Shown in pieces: positions 57,369 through 64,000 of a DNA stretch of 64,000 nt; position 1 is the first letter of the stretch; every line of letters starts with the position of its first letter. The translations under genes were made by a program, and so were the position numbers. Origin of the DNA: Thermoproteota archaeon (GTDB lineage: Archaea; Korarchaeota; Korarchaeia; Korarchaeales; Korarchaeaceae); NCBI GenBank assembly GCA_026986575.1, contig JALSOH010000006.1:160001-224000 (forward strand), in the 5' to 3' direction. Under the pieces are notes generated by a model. It was not told the DNA's origin and searched no databases. It saw nothing but the letters and a program-made list of their open reading frames with translations.

Positions 57369-58361
57369 ATGGTCGGGTACCCTGAGTCCCTGAGCGACCC
57401 TAGCTATAGGGGACAGATTCTGGTGATGACCAACCCGCTTATAGGTAATTACGGCGTACATACGGATCTGCTGGAGTCCGACGGAGTCCAGGTGACCTCG
57501 CTCATAATCCACGAACTTACAGACGCTCCTCACAGATCATCGAAATTATCGCTGCAGGAGTGGTTCGATAAATACGATGTGCCCATAATGGAGTGGGTCG
57601 ACACGAGAGCTCTCACCAAGGAACTGAGGGAAAGGGGGGTAATGAAGGGAGCAATAGGGATTTGGGACTCGGAAGAAGATCTTAACTCGCTGTTGAAGGC
57701 GCTGGAAGGGGCTCCCTCGTACGACGAGCTGGACCTAGTTGACGAGGTCTCCCCAAGGGAGGCAATACACCTGAGCGATTCCAGGCCTCTGGTTGCAGTC
57801 ATCGACTGTGGACTGAAGCTTGGGATAGTGAGGGAACTGTTGAGGAGGGGATTAGGCGTTGTTAGGCTGCCCTGTAGCTCCAGCGCTGACGATGTGTGGG
57901 AGACGGAGCCTGACGCCCTCCTGCTCGGTAATGGACCGGGAAACCCTGAACTGCTCAAGTCTCAGGGGGAGATGGCCGTGGAACTGGCCTACGACGGGTT
58001 AGTCACCCTCGGTATATGCTTGGGACATCAGCTCATATCCCTTGGCTTGGGAGCGGAGACCTATAAGATGAAGTACGGGCATAGGGGCCAGAACAAGCCC
58101 GTCAGAGATCTCAGGACCGGGAGGTGTTATGTCACCAGCCAAAATCACGGGTACGCAGTCAGGAGGGAGAGCCTGAGGGAAGCTAACCTCAGAGAGTGGT
58201 TCATCAATCCAGATGACTCCACCCTAGAGGGGACTTACCACGAGGAACTACCGATAGCCACCACCCAGTTCCATCCTGAATCGTCACCGGGACCGATGGA
58301 CACCTCTTGGGTGTTCGACCTGTTCGCCGAGGCGGTGAGGGAGGGAAGATGGAGACTGTGA
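57369..58361 (+). CDS. carA: Carbamoyl-phosphate synthase small subunit; N-terminus displaced by a frameshift near 57342
   Basis: [48 protein letters not shown] and QFHPE motifs; the true N-terminus (LILENGSVYRG) is in another frame. Confidence 0.92.
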   Translation: [330 protein letters not shown]

Positions 58362-61300
58362 GGAAGGTCCTCCTCATCGGTTCGGGCGCGATAAAGGTTG
58401 CAGAAGCTGCAGAGTTCGACTATAGTGGTAGCCAGGCGATAAAGGCGTTGAAGGAGGAGGGTATAGAGGTAGTTCTGGTGAACCCGAACGTGGCGACAAT
58501 ACAGACCGGAGATATGGCCGACAGGGTGTACCTCCTCCCCATAAGGAAGGAGTTCTTGGAGAGGGTCATAGAGGCGGAGAGACCAGACGGGATAATGCTC
58601 GGGTTCGGGGGCCAGACGGCCTTGGATGCTGGGGTCAGTCTGTGGCGCTCCGGCACCTTGGACAAGTACGGGGTGAGGGTACTCGGGACCCAGCCAGAGG
58701 CCATAGACAGGGCATTGAACAGGGAGAAGTTCAAGGAGGCTTTGGAGAGGAACGGAGTTCCCATGCCCCCTAGCAGGCATGTCTCATCGGTAGAGGAGGC
58801 GGTGGAAGCGGCAGACTCGATAGGCTACCCTGTGATGGTTAGGGTCTCCTACAACTTGGGAGGAAGGGGTTCCTTCATAGCTTGGAGCAGGGAGGAAATG
58901 ATGGCTCTTATCCTGAGGGCTTTGAAGGCGAGCTCCATAGGAAGCGCCCTCGTGGAGAAGTACTTGGGAGGATGGAAGGAGATAGAATTTGAGGTGGTGA
59001 GGGATACTTACGGGAATGTGATCGCTCCGGCCTGCTTGGAAAATGCTGACCCAATGGGTGTGCACACCGGCGAATCCGTCGTGGTTGCGCCCTGTCAGAC
59101 CCTCACCAACCAAGAATACCAGATGTTGAGGAGCGCATCCCTGAGGGTAGCCGAGGCCATGGGGTTGGTGGGCGAGGGTAACGTCCAATTCGCATTGGGA
59201 GACGAGTACTACGCCATAGAGATGAACCCAAGGATGTCCAGATCATCAGCCTTGGCTAGCAAGGCCACGGGTTACCCACTAGCCTACGTGGCGGCCAAGC
59301 TGGCCTTGGGCTACAGGCTCGATGAGATACTGAACAGGGTGACCGGGGCGACTTGCTCCTGCTTCGAGCCCAGCCTCGACTACGTTGTCGTGAAGATACC
59401 TAGGTGGGACTTAGAGAAGTTCGAGGGGGTCGAGAGGAGCATAGGGAGCGAGATGAAGAGTATAGGGGAGGTCATGGCCATAGGCAGGAACTTGGCGGAG
59501 GCTATGCAGAAGGGCCTGAGGATGCTGGGGAGGTTCGACGGGCTGCCAATGGAAGGGGATCCCTCGGAGGCCCTGAAGGCCCTGAGGGAGAGGAGGCCCT
59601 ACTGGCCGGCATGGGCCTCAATAGCTCTGGCTGGAGGGGTGAGCGCCGAGGAGGTAGCCGAGGCCAGCGGTGTGGACATATGGTTCATCAAAGAACTGGA
59701 GAAAGCCGTCAGGGTCTACTCTAGGCTGGATACGAGCCCTTCTTCTCTGTATGCGGCGAAGAGATACGGCTTCTCCGACGCCCAGATAGCAAAGAAGCTG
59801 AGGGTGAGCGAGGATCAGGTCAGGAGGCTCAGGAAATCGCAGGGGATATCTCCAGTATTCAAACAGATAGATACGCTTGCAGCCGAGTGGCCATCAATCA
59901 CCAACTACTTGTACGCCACCTACGGGGGTCAGACCCACGACGTGAGGCCCGGAGCTGATGTGCTGGTGATAGGGGCAGGGGTCTTCAGGATAGGCGTCTC
60001 CGTGGAGTTCGACTGGGGTGTGGTGGAGTTCGCTAGAGCCGCGAAGGAGTACGTGGACACCGTAGCGATAGTGAACTACAACCCGGAGACGGTGTCCACG
60101 GACTGGGACCTGGTGGATAGGCTGTACTTCGAGGAACTCACCCTAGAGAGGCTGCTCGACATATACGAGTTCGAGTCCCCCGTCAAGGTCGTCACATTCC
60201 TCGGAGGGCAGGTGGCCAATGATCTGGCCGAGCCCCTAGAATCCAGAGGGGTCGATGTGCTAGGGACGAGCGGGAGTAATGTGGAGGTGGCCGAGAGCAG
60301 GGACAGGTTTTCTCAACTCTTGGATGAGCTCGGATTGAGGCAACCCCCATGGAAGGAGGTGAACTCTGTGGAGGAGGCGCTGGATTTCGCGATGGAGCAC
60401 GGCTACCCTGTGATGGTGAGGCCGTCACACGTCCTGAGCGGCACCTCCATGTCACTAGCTTGGGACGAGGGATCCCTGAGGCAGGCAGTTCGCTCAGCCC
60501 TCTCCACTGGAAGGAGTGTAGTGGTGTCTAAGTTCTTGAGAGGACCAGAGGCCGAGATAGATGGTGTAGCCGACGGAGATAGCGTGATTGGGGTGGTGAT
60601 AAGGCATATCGAGCCTGCTGGTATTCATTCTGGCGATTCCACTATGGTACTCCCAGCCCGCGGTCTACCAGTGGATGAAATGAAGGAGGCTGCCCTGAAG
60701 CTGATAAGGGCCCTCCAGATAAAGGGGCCCTTTAACTTACAATTCGTGATAAACGGTGGCGGTGTTTACGTACTGGAGCTGAACCTGAGGGCATCAAGAT
60801 CGATGCCCTTCTCCAGCAAGGCCTCGGGCGTCAACCTAGCTAGGGCAGCTGCAAAGGTGGTATTTGAGGGATCTTTGGGAGTTGATGAATTCTACGAGCC
60901 CGCGATGTTACACTATGCGGTGAAGTCACCGCAGTTCTCGTGGTCGCAGCTGAGAGGGGCCTATCCCTATCTGGGGGTTGAAATGAGGTCAACGGGGGAA
61001 GTCGCTTCAATGGACAGGGCTTACGAGGCGGCTCTCCTTAAGTCCTGGCTGGCCGTGAGCCCGAACAGGATGCCAGAGAGGGGAGTGGTAGTGGGATACG
61101 AAGGAGTAAGGGAGGAGCGCGGGAAGATGGAGGCGGCTGCGGATACGCTAGCATCCATGCTGGATGTCTGGTGGATGTCGGAAGTTGGCGAGGAGGAGGC
61201 GATGGAACTGCTGAAGGAGGGGAGAGCTGACATGGTAATCGCTACCGGGTACGCGCCTCAGGTGGACTACGCGGTGAGGAGGTTGGCGGCCGACTTGAAT

Positions 61301-61447
61301 ATCCCTCTGGTCTTGAACGCCGATCTAGCCTTGGAGTTGGCCAGAGCCTTCAATGCAGTCAGCTTGGAGGAGGTGGAGATAAAACCGATGTCCTCATACG
61401 CTAGAGGTTACCGCTCCATGGGACTACTGAGGAAGATCCCCCCTTGA
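58349..61447 (+). CDS. carB: Carbamoyl-phosphate synthase large subunit
   Basis: IGSGAIKVAEAAEFDYSG, GVHTGES, EMNPRMSRSSALASKATG, NYNPETVSTD and GIHSGDS motifs. Confidence 0.97.
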   Translation: METVRKVLLIGSGAIKVAEAAEFDYSGSQAIKALKEEGIEVVLVNPNVATIQTGDMADRVYLLPIRKEFLERVIEAERPDGIMLGFGGQTALDAGVSLWRSGTLDKYGVRVLGTQPEAIDRALNREKFKEALERNGVPMPPSRHVSSVEEAVEAADSIGYPVMVRVSYNLGGRGSFIAWSREEMMALILRALKASSIGSALVEKYLGGWKEIEFEVVRDTYGNVIAPACLENADPMGVHTGESVVVAPCQTLTNQEYQMLRSASLRVAEAMGLVGEGNVQFALGDEYYAIEMNPRMSRSSALASKATGYPLAYVAAKLALGYRLDEILNRVTGATCSCFEPSLDYVVVKIPRWDLEKFEGVERSIGSEMKSIGEVMAIGRNLAEAMQKGLRMLGRFDGLPMEGDPSEALKALRERRPYWPAWASIALAGGVSAEEVAEASGVDIWFIKELEKAVRVYSRLDTSPSSLYAAKRYGFSDAQIAKKLRVSEDQVRRLRKSQGISPVFKQIDTLAAEWPSITNYLYATYGGQTHDVRPGADVLVIGAGVFRIGVSVEFDWGVVEFARAAKEYVDTVAIVNYNPETVSTDWDLVDRLYFEELTLERLLDIYEFESPVKVVTFLGGQVANDLAEPLESRGVDVLGTSGSNVEVAESRDRFSQLLDELGLRQPPWKEVNSVEEALDFAMEHGYPVMVRPSHVLSGTSMSLAWDEGSLRQAVRSALSTGRSVVVSKFLRGPEAEIDGVADGDSVIGVVIRHIEPAGIHSGDSTMVLPARGLPVDEMKEAALKLIRALQIKGPFNLQFVINGGGVYVLELNLRASRSMPFSSKASGVNLARAAAKVVFEGSLGVDEFYEPAMLHYAVKSPQFSWSQLRGAYPYLGVEMRSTGEVASMDRAYEAALLKSWLAVSPNRMPERGVVVGYEGVREERGKMEAAADTLASMLDVWWMSEVGEEEAMELLKEGRADMVIATGYAPQVDYAVRRLAADLNIPLVLNADLALELARAFNAVSLEEVEIKPMSSYARGYRSMGLLRKIPP

Positions 61448-61659
61448 TCGAATGTACTGTGGTACCTACCGTAACGCTCTTTTTGTGGTCTAATGGCTTG
61501 CCGGTCTCTCAGGATCAGCTCCCCTGTTGCCCAGTTTTAGCCCTCCGGCACAATGGATCCGTCCTACCTAGGTCGTCATTCAAAGTCACATCTAATATTT
61601 CACCCCATTAAGATGAAGATGCTTGAAAAGGATCAGTAACATGGAAGGGACAAGCAAGC

Positions 61660-62031
61660 TCAAGTATTGTACGAATCTCCCCGTCTATCTAGGAGTTCCC
61701 TTGCCCTTTCGAGAAACTTGGTCAACGAAGGATCTGGGAGTGGATATACCCCTCCCTTCACGTGTCTATGGTGAGGGTTCGATCGAACCTCCGGGTGATG
61801 AGGTCTGTTATCCCACCATTCCTCGTAACCGCTAACGCGCAAGTAATAGCCATATGCAACTAATTTTCCACGCCAATATTCGCGGATCACTATCAAAGCC
61901 CCTTTTAAGCTAACGCGAACGCTCAGGTATTCTATCTCGTCTCCTATATTATGTTCAACTATCTCCACTACAGGACTGAACTTACCTATTGTTTTATCGA
62001 TTAGCTTTAGTACTTAACGAATTCTGGTCAA
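61660..62031 (-). pseudogene. DUF6516/TumE-like toxin with an in-frame TAA near the N-terminus
   Basis: WDNRPHH...NPHHRH motif; TTG ACC AGA ATT CGT TAA GTA CTA... lies in frame upstream of ORF 61660-61968. Confidence 0.6.
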
Positions 62032-62034
62032 GGC

Positions 62035-62292
62035 TCACCCTCTAAAGCCTTTAGGATCTCTCTTTCGCCTCTCGAGCTCTTCTAGGCGCCCACGTAAGTA
62101 AAGGTACTCGGGCCAGAGCATGTCCAGCTCTGGGTTATCCATGCCCTCCGATGTTAAGAGCTTCTCGATGTCCCTCCAGGTGTTCAAGCCAAGCTTTGAA
62201 GCTATTCCCTGAAGTCTAGCCTCTATGGCGGCGGCCTCCCTATTGATCTCATTCAGCAAAGCTTCCAGAGCCTCCTTGATTATGGGCTTCAC
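62035..62292 (-). CDS. Helical partner/antitoxin of the DUF6516 gene, C-terminus probably frameshifted
   Basis: Small coiled-coil ORF directly upstream; an alternate frame reads EILKALEGEP*, with the stop overlapping the toxin TTG. Confidence 0.55.
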   Translation of the reverse strand: MKPIIKEALEALLNEINREAAAIEARLQGIASKLGLNTWRDIEKLLTSEGMDNPELDMLWPEYLYLRGRLEELERRKRDPKGFRG

Positions 62293-62522
62293 TAATGTAC
62301 CCCAAGCTAAAGGATGAGACGAATTAATAAGTTGCCGTCACTGGCTCATTACCTCTCAGTAGCAGGCCCGAGGACCGCTCCACGGAACTGCTTTTAAGGA
62401 GGCCCTTGCAAACTTGCTGTGATACCTGCCTACTGTAACGCCCAATTCTCCTCATATTCTAATGGTCTATCGGTCTCTTCTGATCGGCTTTTCCCTTAAT
62501 ACCCATTATTCAACCTCAGCAA

Positions 62523-62933
62523 TCAGTGAGATAACTCCTCAAACTCGCTTAGCAATTCCTCGCCCCTCTCAATCATCTCGATGATCTCCTGATCTGTTGT
62601 GACGGGCTTGGCCCCCCTAACTAGGCACTGGGCGGCTATGAGGGAGTCGAAGTAGTCGAGTCCCTTGGATGAAAGGAACGCCCCCAACGCAATATCTAAG
62701 GGGGAGAGAGGCTCGAGGGATCTGTCTATAACACTATTCAACAGGTGCCACACCTTGATCCTCTGATCCATGGTAAACCCCCTGCTCTTCATGAGCAAAT
62801 CGAGCTCCAAGAGGGAAGCCTGAGAGACTTTCCTGTCCTCACCGAGTTCCTCTATCATCTCAACGGAATGAGGGTGAAGCGGATCGGAGGGTCGAAGGTA
62901 GGCAATGAGGTAAACTGTGTCAATGATCTCCAC
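62523..62933 (-). CDS. VapC PIN-domain toxin
   Basis: IIDTVYLIA...DPLH, SLLEL, LDYFDSLIAA and VTTD motifs. Confidence 0.9.
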   Translation of the reverse strand: MEIIDTVYLIAYLRPSDPLHPHSVEMIEELGEDRKVSQASLLELDLLMKSRGFTMDQRIKVWHLLNSVIDRSLEPLSPLDIALGAFLSSKGLDYFDSLIAAQCLVRGAKPVTTDQEIIEMIERGEELLSEFEELSH

Positions 62934-63183
62934 TTAGCATCATCTCCAACATCTTGGAGGCCTCGTGATCCTCCTCCTTCCAGCCCTTGAACTTCTCATC
63001 GAAGATCTTAGAGACTTCCTCATACAGCTTGTCTAAAACTATGATTTCAGCTGAGCTATCACTGGTCACTTTCAGAAGGACTCTGCTCCCCTTCTTGATG
63101 TCCAGTTTGCGCCTTACCTCGGCGGGCAGGACCATTCTCCCACGATCATCAATAATTACCACATAACTCAAATTTCCCACCAC
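62920..63183 (-). CDS. AbrB/MazE-family antitoxin
   Basis: IDDRGRMVLPAEVRRKLDIKKG. Confidence 0.9.
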   Translation of the reverse strand: MVGNLSYVVIIDDRGRMVLPAEVRRKLDIKKGSRVLLKVTSDSSAEIIVLDKLYEEVSKIFDEKFKGWKEEDHEASKMLEMMLSGDH

Positions 63184-63267
63184 ATACTCAATGTCCCATT
63201 AAAAATAAAGTTTCCCAGATATGTGCTTTGAGAAGGGCATCACTTAAGAACCAGCTCGCTCGGACAT

Positions 63268-63792
63268 ATGGGGAGATCCGAGGAGGTGGGTGAACTGTAC
63301 CTCCCATGGAGCCGGGTCTCCGACTTCACATGTTATGCCTGCGGCCTCTGTTGCTACCGCTTCCGCATCCCCTTGAAGCCCCATGAAGCTATATCCATAG
63401 CTCGCACCTTCGGTCCCCAATATATAGAGTCCATCGCTGGAAAACAGTATATAAGGAAGAGGGAAGGAGAGGCCTGCCCATTTCTCATCGAGGATAATGG
63501 AGTGGGTCTATGCTATCTTCAAAGCTTGGGGATGAAGCCCTCGGCGTGTAAGATATGGCCCTTCAAGATATACAGGAATCCAGAACATGGAAGAGGTGAG
63601 GAGGCCTATTACTCTCATAAACTGGGCGAATTCTACGTTTACGTCGATCAGAGGTGCCCAGGGATCAAGCTAGGCAGACCCACACCTCGCCTCGTGAAAG
63701 CCGTGGAGGAGGCCATAGAGGTCTGGATCGGCGCCAGGAGGGATCAACTATACACTACGGCCCCCCTCTCTTCTTTAATCAAAAAGTTTTAA
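63268..63792 (+). CDS. YkgJ-family CxxCxxCC zinc/iron-chelating protein
   Basis: FTCYACGLCC, CPFL, KPSACKIWPF and RCPG motifs. Confidence 0.9.
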   Translation: MGRSEEVGELYLPWSRVSDFTCYACGLCCYRFRIPLKPHEAISIARTFGPQYIESIAGKQYIRKREGEACPFLIEDNGVGLCYLQSLGMKPSACKIWPFKIYRNPEHGRGEEAYYSHKLGEFYVYVDQRCPGIKLGRPTPRLVKAVEEAIEVWIGARRDQLYTTAPLSSLIKKF

Positions 63793-63814
63793 CAGGTTTG
63801 TGAAAATATGATAC

Positions 63815-63828
63815 GGAAGGTTTATTAG
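63815..63828 (+). promoter_or_regulatory. BRE/TATA promoter
   Basis: GGAAGG-TTTATTA about 25 nt upstream of the GC-rich structured region. Confidence 0.5.
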
Positions 63829-63846
63829 TTACTGCCGGTAAGTAAC

Positions 63847-63992
63847 CCTTGCCGGGAAAGGGGAGGAGTAGGCGGTCGGGGTTAGCCTTGACCGCTGAAA
63901 TTCCGGTCGCCTCGAGAGGGGCGATCGGAGGTAACCCGGTCGGGAGGCCGGGGATCCCCCCCGAAAGCAATTTTCTGCAAGGCTCGCCTACT
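63847..63992 (+). ncRNA. Putative structured RNA of unknown class (possibly a pre-rRNA 5' leader)
   Basis: Three GC-rich hairpins with G-U pairs on the + strand, two with GNRA loops, enclosed by a long-range stem; upstream TATA. Confidence 0.6.
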
Positions 63993-64000
63993 AACCATAG

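Noticed and set aside
405-63970. Many short antisense or alternate-frame ORFs in the track (e.g. 405-680, 30648-31307, 54561-55241, 63779-63970)
   Set aside because: They are shadows of well-supported genes or of the structured RNA, with no recognisable motifs.
63847-64000. RNase P RNA, hammerhead ribozyme or c-di-AMP riboswitch
   Set aside because: No GAGGAAxxUCC or CUGAnGA core; the resemblance to c-di-AMP motifs is superficial and the pairing differs.

Overview
About 64 kb of chromosome from a thermophilic archaeon. It is roughly 50-55% GC in core genes, uses GGTGA-type SD sites and has a TACK-like gene content; Korarchaeia is my guess, not something the sequence proves. Core genes: PAPS-reductase-family protein (partial), egsA, proC, a FadB/crotonase fusion, ADP-forming acyl-CoA synthetase beta, EF-2, the trmJ-rpl10e-METTL5-csl4-DUF2067-rpoL cluster, an Opp ABC transporter, lysC-asd, dcd, class II RNR with a cobalamin adenosyltransferase, an 11-subunit complex I-like operon (ABCDHIJKMLN) and carAB. 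Eight toxin-antitoxin loci are interspersed and five of them are visibly decayed. The most notable signals are: (1) an operon encoding an ACL-like CoA ligase (beta, ferredoxin, alpha), a CitE-type lyase and a PrpD/MmgE protein; (2) a low-GC insertion with a secreted Cys-rich protein split by an in-frame TGA, next to a double FG-GAP propeller; (3) an AT-rich patch centred on the empty intein site of the RNR; (4) a small winged-helix protein with a Lys/Ser/Thr-rich tail; (5) a highly structured RNA at the right end. All calls come from manual motif recognition; no database searches were run.
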